DNA of 64,000 nt from Microthyrium microscopicum (taxonomy: Eukaryota), in assembly GCA_010405405.1 (NCBI GenBank), contig MU004238.1:1251530-1315529 (forward strand), in the 5' to 3' direction. The notes beneath the pieces were generated by a model. It searched no databases and was not told the DNA's origin. It worked only from the letters and a program-made list of their open reading frames with translations. Of the stretch, positions 12,297 to 24,266 are shown piece by piece (within the stretch, counting starts at the first letter, position 1; each line of letters opens with the position of its first letter). A program made the translations under genes and the position numbers.

Positions 12297-12955
12297 CTAG
12301 TTACCCTCCTCCTTGATCAGAGCAACGATCATGCTTGAAAGTGTTAGTAGTGACAAAAAGAACTGGAGAGGATGGCTTACCTATAAAGGTAGAAGAAGAA
12401 CATCAGGAGGTGGAAACCAAGTTTAATGAAAGATTCCTAACAATGTTAGATTGGCTCAAGGATGATCGCATCCATCTCATACCTTCTTGTGGACGTTAAG
12501 CTTTCGGAAGATCTCAGTGGCATCGAGTAAGTGCTGGTTATCAAGGATCCTAATGGGCCCGTTAGTTTACCACGCTTGCATACGTCCATTTCAGCTACTC
12601 ACTTCTTCGCGTTCCAGGCCAATAGAGGAATGTTCAGAACAAAAGCGAGGAAGTAACCGTTGAGCAAGAACAAGACAGTCAAGAAGGCGTGAACTCCGGC
12701 TTCTGGGATGATGTATGTGTTGAGGCGGTTGCAGAGATCGATTGGGTTGATGTAATCACTGATCGCGAAGCTGTTAGCAAATGTACCTCCAATAATCGCA
12801 ACATGCGCAACTAAGACAGTAGCTTCTATTCGTGTAGCTTCAAGGAAAACTTACCATTCTAGATCGCTATACATAATGGTGAAGAACACCTGGAGGAAGA
12901 GATTGACGGCATTTATGAGCACGGCAAAGAGATAGAGCCACGCTTCGCCCGACAT
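12297..12955 (-). CDS. ERV14: Cornichon-family ER cargo receptor Erv14
   Basis: Five exons give [47 protein letters not shown]...[47 protein letters not shown]. Not present in the ORF track. Confidence 0.95.
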
Positions 12956-13660
12956 CATGGATGTATGTGTAAGGGAAAAGTTAAGATAGAGTTGTTAAAG
13001 CTACAAGCTTATCGTCACTTTACTGCCACGCGAAAGTGTGGTGTCCTGATGGCTGGGACGCGCGAAAAAAGTTGAAGGGGGGCGGGCTCAAGGAGAACGC
13101 GGACGTGGAGATAGGCGGGCAGGAAATGGCTCGGAAACGTATTGACGAAGGTATCCAGGTGGTATAGGCTGATGACAGGCGGAGGAGTGAAGGCTGTAAA
13201 GCGGCGATATAAGGGCGGAGTGGACAGCTGTTGATTTCGGTTTTGATGAAATGGAGATCAGAAGCAAAGGTGTCGATGAATGAAGAACAAGGCACTGGAG
13301 GCAGGAGCGTTGAGGTCTTGGCTTTGCAAAGATGCACTGTGGAAGGGACGCTGGTGGTTGGCTGTAGCTCTCCAACCCCTGCCAACTCTTGCCTTTTGTC
13401 GTGACGCAATCCAACAGCTGCCTTTTTGACCAAGACACCGTTTGAATCATTAAGAACTTGATATTTCTTGAGAGAAAGATATATGTACGGGATTAGGTAG
13501 TATCAGACGTCTTATCATCATTTTTTTGGATTATGTAAGATCCAATATGCTATTCATGCGACGCTTGTTCCACGCTTCAGTCAGCCTTGCGCTCAGCCTC
13601 ATGCCCTTTTCGTGAAACCAACGCTTAGGGAAAAGTATCCGCATATCAGTCAAGCCTTGA

Positions 13661-15214
13661 CTACTTTTTGTCACTTCCACCCTCAGTGTCGGCATTAGCT
13701 GTCGGCATCGGTACTGCACCACCAGGCGAGTCTGGCAATCGAGCCGTTAACACCTCAACGCCGTCTTCCGTTACAAGCAAAGTATGCTCTGTACACGATT
13801 AGCGAATATACACCTTGAGGTATACAACAGGTCGGGAAAATAAATGGCGCGTTCCCATGAGCCTTGTTGGCTCCCAAACGCTACGCTCTTTTATCGAGTG
13901 CTTTATTTGCCATGAAGCATGTTGGGATTCGATTTTTTAAGAGCGTTGGTGGCAGCCATCAGAGCTGATGGGAGAACGCCATTCATTTTGTCATGCCGGT
14001 TGGCAGAGAAACTGGACTCACCAAACTGTGCTGTCATTTTACCATCCGCCGTTGCGCTCGTCCAATTGTCTGGCCACGTCTTGTCTCGATATGTACCACT
14101 AGCGATCATCGGTTCAATGGTAAAGCAGATGCCTGGCTTAGCCTCCCCTACAGTCTTGTTCTTACCATAATGTGGCACATTCGGCGCACAATGGAAGAGT
14201 TCGTTGATGCCATGGCCACAATACGTTCGAACCACACTGAGACTTTTTGCCTTGGCATACTTCTCAATAATATTACCCGCATCGCGAATAAGCATTCCCG
14301 GCTTGACAATCTTGATGGCCTCATCGAGCGCTTCCCGAGTTGTTTCCACCAGTTTAACTGTCTCTGGGTTTTGTTTTGCTTTCTCGCCCACGTAGTATGT
14401 CTCGTTCAGATCGCCGTGGAATCCACCGTGGTATAAAGATACGTCAATGTTGACAATATCGCCGTCTTTGAGGACGTATTGATCGGGTATACCGTGGCAT
14501 ATAATCTCGTTGACAGATGTGCAGACTGACTTGGGGAAGCTGCCGTAGTTTAGAGGAGATGGATAGCTCTAGAAATTGTATTAGTCGCGGTAGGTGTAGC
14601 CGATGATGAGCTCACGTTTCTCTCTATGCATGCCTTGTGTACCACTTCGTCGAGATAGTCGGTGGTTATACCAGGTCGAACTTCTTTTGCTGCGATGTCC
14701 AAAACCTCGCGTGTATACCGGCAGACTTTGCGCATGGCAGCTTGCTGCTCCTTGTTCAGAACAGTAATCTTGTTCTTCTTGATATAGTTCTGTTCTGACT
14801 TTGGTATACCGGTTTCCCAATAATCTGGCTTTACGATATGGTCTGGTATCTTTCGTCGCGGAGATAGAGGATATACAGCCCTCAGAGGACCTGTGTAGGG
14901 ATAGGTAGGATATGGATCGTATAAGCCTGTGATAGGATCGGGTTTAGATATGACTTTCGGCGTAATGAAACGGTGGAGGAAATTACTCTGATTCTTGTGC
15001 TCCTTCTTATGCTCGCCCTAACATCATCAACTTAGCAAACTGACAGGAAGATGGCGGAGAGAACACTATGTACCCAATTCCGTTTGAAGCAGTCTTGACC
15101 GCAGAAGAAGCTGCTTTTGCCTAACTTTTGGCATGTTGGGCATTGTAGAGACTGAGCGTCTTGGTCGCAGTCTGATCCCGCGCACTTGCGCTTCACCTCT
15201 TCAATAGCCGTCAT
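13661..15214 (-). CDS. MAP1: Methionine aminopeptidase 1
   Basis: N-terminal zinc finger (CPTC...[12 protein letters not shown]), [35 protein letters not shown] and AQF|EHTLLVT. Three introns; the last is 13789-14021 (233 nt). Confidence 0.95.
13825..14002 (-). ncRNA. Long imperfect RNA hairpin within MAP1 intron 3 (candidate cis-regulatory structure or small-RNA precursor)
   Basis: Transcript-strand arm AAAAUGAAUGGCG-UUCUCCCAUCAGC-UCUGAUGGCU pairs in register with AGCCAACAAG-GCUCAUGGGAACG-CGCCAUUUAUUUU. Inner stems ACGCUCUU/AAGAGCGU and AUCGA/UCGAU. Confidence 0.6.
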
Positions 15215-15875
15215 GTTTGACGATGATTACACACTGCCGCTCTATGGAATTGAATGAGAAGGAAGATAGGATGGCTCGCACAGCCCGTCAACAGAGTATA
15301 GCGCTATATTAAGTGACTTGGCGATAGCTGCGGTTTGCGTGTCTTGTGTCTTCACTCTTGTTCTTTTCGTTCAAATGTGGAGGTGGTGGCGTGTGTGCAA
15401 AGAAATAGAGGCTCTGGATGTCGTGAAACTTCCAAAATGCGCACCGCAGACTGCCCCACTTCAACCAATCATGTTCAAATTCTCGGCAATTCCTTCCACT
15501 TTCGGGTCCTCAAAGCATTTCAACTGCTTGAGCTCTAATCTTTCCTTTCTTACTTCACATGCAACCTTACGAAGTTACGAGCCATTACTTTCATGGAAGA
15601 TCGACGTAGTGCTCTACAGGCGGAATGGACTCATAACCAGGAAACGACACTCTCTTTTATACCAGGCCAGACAAGAAGTACACTTTGCACATGGAAACCA
15701 TCAGTAACCACGGGCAAATAGCAGGTCACTCCAAACTTTAGGATGTGAATTGGTAATATCTACATCTCAAAGTCACTGTGCCAGAAGTTTCGGAACATGA
15801 TCCATTTATCAGGAAAGGATACATCCGAATGGCAACCCGTAGTTTCTCTGGGAGCATTGTAATCATCATGACTGC

Positions 15876-16169
15876 TCAAACTTTCCTCCCTGGTGGAAAG
15901 TCCTTAGGGAAGCTATATCCACCTAAACAATCGTCCATTGACGGCGACTTTCCAGCTGGGTAGCATTCGAAGTTGAAGTTCAGCTTAGCTACACTGCACG
16001 GAATGAGTGTACATGAGCTTCCTTGCGGGCAGGTGTTTATCCCAGTGCCTGGATTGCATTTCTACATGAAAATCAGTGGGAAATGGATTTTCGATATATC
16101 CAACTGACGAACCTGGTAAGATAGTACGCTTTGTGCAAGAGCGCCAACTATCAACGAGGTGAAAAGCAT
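15876..16169 (-). CDS. Small secreted cysteine-rich protein (80 aa, 6 Cys), effector candidate
   Basis: Exon 1 16169-16113 encodes signal-peptide-like MLFTSLIVGALAQSVLSYQ. Intron 16062-16112 (GTTCGT...CTGAT...TAG, 51 nt). Exon 2 encodes KCNPGTGINTCPQGSSCTLIPCSVAKLNFNFECYPAGKSPSMDDCLGGYSFPKDFPPGRKV*. Confidence 0.75.
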
Positions 16170-16642
16170 ATTGATGAAGACCGATGGAGATGTCAGATAT
16201 GAACTGGAACAGCGAGGCTTGCAAACAAGAGTAAAAGAAAGTTCTGAAGAGTCGTGAATAGATCGGCAGAATAGGACTTGAGCTGCTTCCTTGGTGTTAA
16301 GCTTTGATGTGGTATGAGGTCTGTTAGATGCTTCTTGTGAAAATAACTAGGCGAGAGATACTTAGAAGAGATAATATCCCCAACCAGAGAAAAGCAGGGA
16401 AACTTAAATTTGTTCATTTACATATGGTCCGTGGAAGCAATCTCGAATTCTGAGTAGGCTCACACGAAGTCTGGTGATACCCTACTTTGTAGTTTGTATC
16501 ATTGGAGTCAAAAAAATCGACAACATAGAGGCATCTCACATCAAGTGCGATATCTACCACCGCACCTTATGAAGACCGTACTCTCTGATGTCCATCCGAT
16601 CCAACAAATCACGGATTTTCCTTCAAATGCACAATCATTGCA

Positions 16643-17041
16643 CTATCCCAACCATCCTAACAATCCAGACCCTACGGCAATCGCGAATGGAACAAAAGGG
16701 AGATGGTTCAAAGTCCCTCCTCCTATCCAATCCAAGCTCACGAGTCCGTCAACAAGTGCAGTCATACTCATGATAATCGTTGCCGCGCCAAGAAGCTGCC
16801 GATCTCCTCGGTATCTGATTGAGAACATAAGTGATGCAATGACAACATTTCGGACCGCAAATAATCGTGTGAGTGAGTCGTCGGCTTTTTGAGCTTCGGG
16901 TGTTGAGCCTAATGGAAAGTTGACGAGAGGAAGTAGATGTCTTCCACGGATCAGGCCAAGGATGCCGGCTCCGAGAGGTATGACTGCGATACCGCAGGCG
17001 ATATTTGGTAGAAAGCTGGATTGGGGCGAGAGGATTGACAT
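16643..17041 (-). CDS. DUF4267-like small four-helix membrane protein
   Basis: 132 aa hydrophobic ORF with LFAVRNV, DRQLLG, ALVDG and NHLPF motifs. Confidence 0.75.
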   Translation of the reverse strand: MSILSPQSSFLPNIACGIAVIPLGAGILGLIRGRHLLPLVNFPLGSTPEAQKADDSLTRLFAVRNVVIASLMFSIRYRGDRQLLGAATIIMSMTALVDGLVSLDWIGGGTLNHLPFVPFAIAVGSGLLGWLG

Positions 17042-17623
17042 TGTTTATATCTTTTTGTTGTAATGTGAATTGGAAAAGGTGAGCGAGCTTGAATAATGGA
17101 GAAGGTACAGAACACCTGAAGCAATTGAAGACTTATTGCTTTTAGCGTGCTGACGCGGCCAAAGAAAGGTTAGTGCTGACGGACTCAAAAGCAAGTTTCA
17201 ATGCAATATCGGTACAATACGGTAATACAAGGGAAATAATTGTATTGACAGCAGAGCTCGCTAAAACAATTGGACATACAAGATTTGACACGCTTAATTC
17301 TATTTACCTAATGTTAGAACTTTCCCTCCCGAGTAATGCATGTGATGTATTTGTACGCATTATATACAGACCACCAAGTTCGATCTACTCTTACTTGAAA
17401 TGTGGCTATAGTAATTTCATTATAAGTGCGTTGATCAGTATTGCTCTGAAGCTTGCAAGCGTCTGACTACTACCTATGTAGAGAGGAGCAGCCAATGCGT
17501 CAGGGAGATATTCGAACAAAATATTCACATCCTCTGCTTCATGGGGGCGAATTCGCCAGCAGACCTAGGTCATCGGGACTCGGGTATCTCCCAGAACATT
17601 TATCCAAAGGCGAGCTTGAATCA

Positions 17624-18876
17624 TCAGTGGCTGGTGATATTCCACTGCCCATTTCGAGGATTATAATCGAGTTCATATATGCTGTGTTGGGCCTCCTCCC
17701 CACTGAAACCATGGCCGATGATCAGATTGGGCTCGCCATAGTGGCCCATGAACTCCAGTTCTAGATTCAGTTTCGATCCTGGCTCTAACTTGTCGCGGAT
17801 GTTGAATATGAAGGGCTCCGATTTTGCCGGACGCCTGCTGTTTTCTAGCTTGACTGATTGTAGAAACGATACTGGTGTCTGGTCGACGTCTACTCCATAA
17901 ATCTTTAGTTGATGTTGTTCCTTGGCTTGAGTTGTCATTTCAACCACTAGTTGACGGCGAAGAATAAAATCTGGAATTGGAATGTCGAGCTTGTCCATTA
18001 AGCAAATCATAAGGTCATCCACCTTGGTATGAATGCGAAGCTGCGCATTCTCATCAATTGGTGTCTTCTGCAAGTTGCAAATCGCCAGATTAGCATTCTT
18101 GTTCTTGCCAACAATTTTGGGAATGGAGTTGGCTGGAGACACCATGAGTGATGAGCCAAGAGCAAGACAGAGATCTGCTTTTCGGGCGTGTTTCAATGCT
18201 AATTTTAAGGCTTGTGGTGGGAGATCCTCGCCAAAGTTAATGATCGTATCGTGCAAAGCACCTCCGCATCGAGTACATTTGCGACCTGTACGATGATCTG
18301 TGGCCGATTTCTCATACGTCGCGACTGCTCGGAAATCTAATGAAAATCAGAATATACTTGGACCTCACTTATCGTAGACACGTACCTCGAATGAATTCCT
18401 TTCCGCAGTCCTTACAATGCTCCCGATTGCTATTGCCATGAAGTTCGGATATTCTGTCCTGCATTTTTGATATAGTTAGACCATAACTTCACTACTGATC
18501 AATAGAGAGGTAGACCGAAACTCACAGGTAATATGCCACTGCGCCTGTGTAGGCCGTCGCAATTCTGACTGATGAGATACTTCAGAAGCCCCCTATCTTG
18601 TAGCTCTACCAGAGCCATGTGAGTTGGTGATGGAACTGCTTGTAACGTTGTCGTGTGTTTGAAATCCAGTTGTCTCCCTTGGGCACGCGCTGTCCAGGCA
18701 CCTTCTGGCCCTCTGAAGTCTGGTATTCCTGCAGAAGTTGAGACCCCGGCGCCTGTAAATGCAATAAAATGCTTTCCATTTTTTATCTGATTCGCGAGTT
18801 CTGTCGCAAAGCTGTCAACTCTGTCTGGTGGATCAAATTGCTCCAACTCGGCTATCTTGGGTGCAGTGAGATCCAT
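17624..18876 (-). CDS. Sir2-family NAD-dependent deacylase, class IV (SIRT6/7-like)
   Basis: FTGAGVSTSAGIPDFRGPEGAWT, SQNCDGLH, ELHGN, two CxxC pairs, DTIINFGEDLP, LGSSL and NLQKT. Two introns (~18459-18525 and ~18337-18384). Confidence 0.9.
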
Positions 18877-19620
18877 TGGAGTACGCAATCAAATCCGCGT
18901 TTTGTATTCAGCTGTATTAGTCTATGGATGGAATAGAGCCAACAAGACGTGAACGATTCCTTCGCAAGCTTCGAAACGTCTCCGCTGATCAGCTTTGGTT
19001 TCTGATAGGAAATGAAATACAAAAATAATGGTGAGCTTATGCATCAGGCAACAGAGCAAGGCAGAAGCACAGCGATTAAAGTACGACTGCAAGAGAAACG
19101 GATGGTGATCTCGTCCCTTTTGGTAACCTGAGCAACCACGGATAATTGATGAGCTGCAAACCTCGACATGATGGCAACCTTAGCAGCTCTCTAAAAATCA
19201 CTCTGTATTCAGACAGAAGCAACCTCTGTGATCATGAACAGTGGGTGAATGGAACTGAATTCTCGACCGGAGCAGTAAGAGAGGAATGGCTTTAGCAAGA
19301 TGCGAGTGCTTTGATTGCGCACCCATGGAGAAGCCAATAGCTTGAAGGGTGAAGTATGTTTGGAGAGCTGCTTTGATCAAAAGCGTGCTCTACATTTCAT
19401 TTTATATGCCGATGCACAAGGAAAGCTCTAGGTCATCACGAACTCCACAGTCACAGTGACGATTGAAGTTGAAGGTTTAGGAAAAAATGTAGCGGGAAAG
19501 AATTGGTTAGCGTCGTGGTAATCCCTGCACGTGGCCTGTGCGAGGAGCTCCCCAACCTTCAAAAAAAATTCTGGAACTTTTTCAACTTCACATCGTACAC
19601 AATTACCATTATTACGAAAT

Positions 19621-20325
19621 ATGGGTTCCGAAACACCCAAGAAAGAGAAGAAGGAGAAGAAGGAGAAGAGCTCTAAACACTCTAGTGATGGTGTGAAAAA
19701 ATCAAAGTCCGAGAAAAAGGACAAGAAGGAGCGCAAGGAGAAGAAAGAGAAAAAGAGAGTCGAAGAGCTCATCAAGGCCGACTCGGACTCGGACGACATC
19801 ACAGACCTACAACTTGCGCCTGTTGCTCTCGTTCCTTTCGCAAACCCTTTGGCATCTGCTTCGGAAACTAAATTGGTATTGGCGGCTACAACAAGAGGTA
19901 TATACAGCGGGTTTCGTTGATAACATCTGCTAATTTCAGTAGCTGCGAAAAATCAGTCACTCAAGCGCGGCGTCAAAGAAGTCCAGAAAACCCTTCGCAA
20001 AATCGTCGACAATAACCCAGCCTCAAGCGGAAAGACCGATCCAGAAGGTGTCGTAATAATTGCGGCCGATATTTCCCCAATGGACGTCATCTCTCACCTA
20101 CCCGTACTCTGCGAAGACCACAATATCCCATACATCTACATCACTTCCCGAGCAAGTCTCGGCGCAGCTGCAGAAACAAAGCGCTCCACCAGTGTTGTCA
20201 TGATCATGCGCGAGCGGTTTGGCAAAGCTGCTAGCAAGGTCAAAGATGACGACGGCTCATATGACGAAGAATTCAAGAAGGTGGTCAAGCAAGTCAAAAA
20301 CGCGAATCGTTCTGTTTTGATTTAA
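19621..20325 (+). CDS. NHP2: H/ACA snoRNP L7Ae protein Nhp2
   Basis: LVPFANPL, LKRGVKEVQK, AADISPMDVISHLPVLCEDHNIPYIY and TKRSTSVV, with a Lys-rich N-terminus. Intron ~19898-19940. Confidence 0.93.
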
Positions 20326-21035
20326 TGATACCATGATTTCTCTGGGCAACGTAATGGCGAATGGTGCATTGGGAAGGACAGGGTCTCTATTTCTACGCCT
20401 ATTCTGAGATTCCGGGGCTCTGAATTTTTATGAAAGTGATCAGTCTCTGATTGCCACTCTATGTTACAATTACTACTGAGCGCTGACAGTCAATACTTAT
20501 TCAGATCTTCGTTCGTTCAGTATATTACTCAACTCTTTGACTATAAGATGATGGATGGCCCAAGCGTGAACCAAATCGCCAGTCCAACTCTGAGTAATTT
20601 GTTCTTGATAATTTTTTTGAAATTAAGACACTATGATGGCTTGACTGGCTGGTTATTGCGATGTGTTGGTAGGTTGGTTCTGGTTTATGAGATGAGCTTG
20701 ATTACCTCCCGTCTCTACCATTTGAATTGGAGAAGCGACATCATGAGAACATCCAATCTACTTGATTTCATGTGCGTACTCTTCCATGCGATCAAGTGTG
20801 ATTGTTGCTTCCGTGGGGACAGTGAGTTGTGGAAACTATGGCATCAGATCAGGTAGAAGTTCGTCAGTTTACTGCTCATTAATGATATCGCGAGAGCTTC
20901 ATGACTAGTTGAAAACCATTTCCGAGATAACTGGTCCACAGAGAACAGCTACTGAGCAGAAAACGGTCGGCAGAAAGCAGGGTCAGGTTGTGATCCTAAA
21001 TATATCATTATGTAGATTATATTATTATGATTAGA

Positions 21036-21966
21036 TTAGTTAAGCTTGCTCGCGCGAAGGCTGTTCGTAAAACTCGTCATTGCGAAATCCCAGCTCACTT
21101 CTAGCTCAGAAGTATCAACATTGAATGTAATCTGCTTCCTGTATGTGGCTCCCTTGATGCTTTCCACTGATATCTCACTTTTGGTATCAAAGCTTCGAAA
21201 GGTCTCGGGCGTTGACGAATTGGTGCTGTCAAGATCAGGATCTAGCCCGTCCAGTTCTGCAATCGGCCCAAGCCCAGGCATGCTGGATGCTAATGATGAG
21301 AGATTGCCATAGCTGTTACGGGCCATGCCTTTTGATCCACGGTAGCTGTAGTAAAGGATGCTGCGGTGCCTTGGTATGACTTTGTTGTTAGATTGGGATT
21401 GGTTGTCCCACTCGGAGAGGTTGGTGTTGATGTGTACGTGGAATTCGGGTTTCTCAAATTCTTGCGGTGGAACGTAGGAGCGTCTGCTGAAGGACTTTCC
21501 GGTATTGCGACTTGAGAATGATGCAAGCGTTGACTGGGATGTTATGGATGGGTTTCTTTGATTCTCATGTCAGTGATGGTGCGTTAACTAATTGCAAAGA
21601 TGGTTCTTACCGACTCCCTATCAGATACAAAGCAAGCCGGCGCTTTGTTGACTCGAGATCGTTCGACAATGTTTGTAGTTTACGCTTGGAGCTAATCCAT
21701 CGTAGGCGAATGTAGCTACTTGATGACAGTTTCTTGAGCTCATGGTTATAGTTTTTAGCTGCGACCTTGCAGTATTCCAAGCAGTGATCGAATCCTGGAG
21801 AGAGCCTCAAGGTACGCTGTATTTCCAGAAGTAGGTCGCGAAGAGATCGAACGGTAGGCAATTGAGATCGAATTTCCCCAACAACGCCAACAAGTTTGGT
21901 GATTCTGCTTATGACATCTTTGAGGACAGCAACAACGTCTATCACCTCCTCGGACATGTCGGTCAT
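21036..21966 (-). CDS. Protein with fungal N-terminal helical (HeLo-like) domain and Ser-rich C-terminus; 3' end uncertain
   Basis: Exon 1 encodes IDVVAVLKDVISRITKLV...RLRWISSKRKLQTLSNDLESTKRRLALYL. Intron 21556-21610 (GTAAGA...CTGAC...AAG). Exon 2 is open to 21036, with a possible further intron from ~21098. Confidence 0.55.
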
Positions 21967-24266
21967 CGTGGTCTTTCGGAGGGAAGAGAGCTGTTTGACT
22001 TTGGGCTAAAGTGACCTCTTGAAGCAGTGTCAAAAAGTGGTTAGGAAAGAGATAATTAAATCAAAAGAAATCACCAAAGCAGTCGTAGGGAGACATTGGC
22101 AATAGTGGCAGTAAACGTCGTATTTGTTAAAGCTCCGAAAGAACAACCGATATGCGCAGAGCAAACCAAGCTTTTTACCTTGTTACCATACTTGGTAGGC
22201 AGGCGCCGCAGGCATGTTTGAGCCTTTTTCTGCTTGTCTCGATTCACGAAGCACGGAGCTTTGATCCCAGAAGCTTGGGTAAACCAAGTTGCGAAAGAAT
22301 AGGCGCATATCAGGCGGAGGTCTTGCCATGCATCTGTTGCCAAGCCCAGACCAACTCTCCTATATCATAAGCGACCAAATGATTGATACGATAGCATTGG
22401 AAAGACGCCATGAATTCGTCGTAGTAGCGCCTGCCAGAGTCTCGGTCTAAGCGGGTATCAGAGCCATTCGATTCCAGCCTTGCCAGTGGTGAGAAAAAAG
22501 GAGCCTAGGAGAAGTTGAGAAAACAAGTCAAAAAAGGCGCAAACCAACGTGTCGACTCTGGAGTGACGGCGGCGCAAGACGTTACCCCGAGCGAGTCAGC
22601 CAGGAGCCAACCATTGGGTTACCCGCATCAGGCTGAGAGAAACTATTGGTGCCACACTCGACAGCTGGGGTCTGGAACCGTCAAGTTCATTCTTGGTTGA
22701 TTTTGCTATTCTTTTCTTTTTCGATTGTAAATGGTGATAGTAATTTGATCTTTTACAGTATTTACTGGGCACTCATCCTATACATCATTTACCTTTGATA
22801 AGAACCCTCAATCAAGGGCTTTGATAAGTAGGTAGTTTCCAAAAACAAACATTCCGATAGGAATAGATGAATGCGCTCTGAGCTATCTGGTCTTCGCTTT
22901 TTCCTTCTAGAAAACTTGGCAGTGAACCCACGGAAATAAAAATGTGGCTTTCCTCAACGTACGGGGATTTAGCAAGAACTTTGTTGCAATTTCCAAGGTT
23001 GTAAACATCTTCAGAAATCATGATTCAACCCGCCACAGCCCACGCAAACTGCTTTTACCTTGTCAGTGAGTGGAGACCAATTCGTGAGTTCACTACTCCG
23101 TATTCACAAGGAATTGAGCTTACATAGTTTAAGCTGCCAGCGAAACAAAAACTTCAGTCTATGAAAGCAACTACTGTATGTACAGAGCTGCTCAGTGCTG
23201 ACAGCCTTAAGCCTCGTGGTTCCCCAGAAACGAAACGGCCCCAGACGTGGCACAACGCGACAACCCAGGAACATGAATTTTGGCGGCGGCAGGTGCCGTG
23301 CTGCTAACTGCTAGCTCACACGCCTATCAACTCCTTGGGCATTTTCTGACAACCTCAAATGATTCAGCTTGCCGCTCTAAACTTGTACCTTAGTAACTTT
23401 GAATGTACAAAGAAGCTATTCAACTTTATGAACGTCTTCAAAACGCACCCGGCTCAGTTGTGGTCAGTATGTGCGTACTGCGTACAGGTGAAATCGTCCT
23501 CAGCTGAGCGAAAGATGGTTTCAAGGCGTCGTTTGTAGAAAACCGAGCCACACCGCGACTCTCGCTAATGCACGATGAAATCGGAATTTTCATTCCCAAA
23601 TTCTCGGCACCAGACGCGATTAGTGACTGTCTTTTGACAAGCGAATACCGCAGAAAATTGGCATGATGCTGTTGAGTCTTGTGTTATAGGTACTGTTCGT
23701 TGCATCATGATTCATGGTTGGTTGGCTGATTATCGATGAGGCTTTTGAGATCTTGCAAGTTGCAACCCTTTGACAACTAGTAGATGATGAGATAGAGACA
23801 TGCACGCAGTTGCAAGTAGTCGACGAACTACCGAAGCAACGTCTTTAGGAGTGGGCCCATTTCGAAAGTGCTCTTCATCAGGAAGGGCAGCTATCAAGAG
23901 TACTCGATGTGATTTCTAGTACTCAATTCAGCGCTCCATAACAAGTTTACCACGAGGCAATCAAGGCAATCTGAGAAGTGTACAGCTATCGATTCGCATT
24001 GATGACTATCTCCGTATGGTACAAACTTAACACAAGGTCCCATAAGCCTGGCTACTTATACAGCCAAAGTTCCAACAGTGGAACTAACAAACACCTCAAA
24101 CGCCGTCATCCAGCCATTCCGACCGTCAATACACACATGAGCCCATCAATGAGCTACAAGCAGACCACCTGGCCCGCAAAGGTTTCCGCATCCCGAGAAT
24201 AAAGTATACAGCACAAAGCCACCACCATCAAAAGGCTTCTAGTCCCTCCACTATAAGGAATCATAA

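Noticed and set aside
13789..14021. Intronic C/D or H/ACA snoRNA in MAP1
   Set aside because: No terminal box C/D pair, and a single rod rather than a hairpin-H-hairpin-ACA layout; an Rfam search is still advisable.
21290..21526. Apparent frameshift or pseudogene between ORFs 21290-21526 and 21036-21326
   Set aside because: The frame of the 21036 ORF is open up to the intron acceptor at 21556, so the 78-aa ORF is just an alternative frame.
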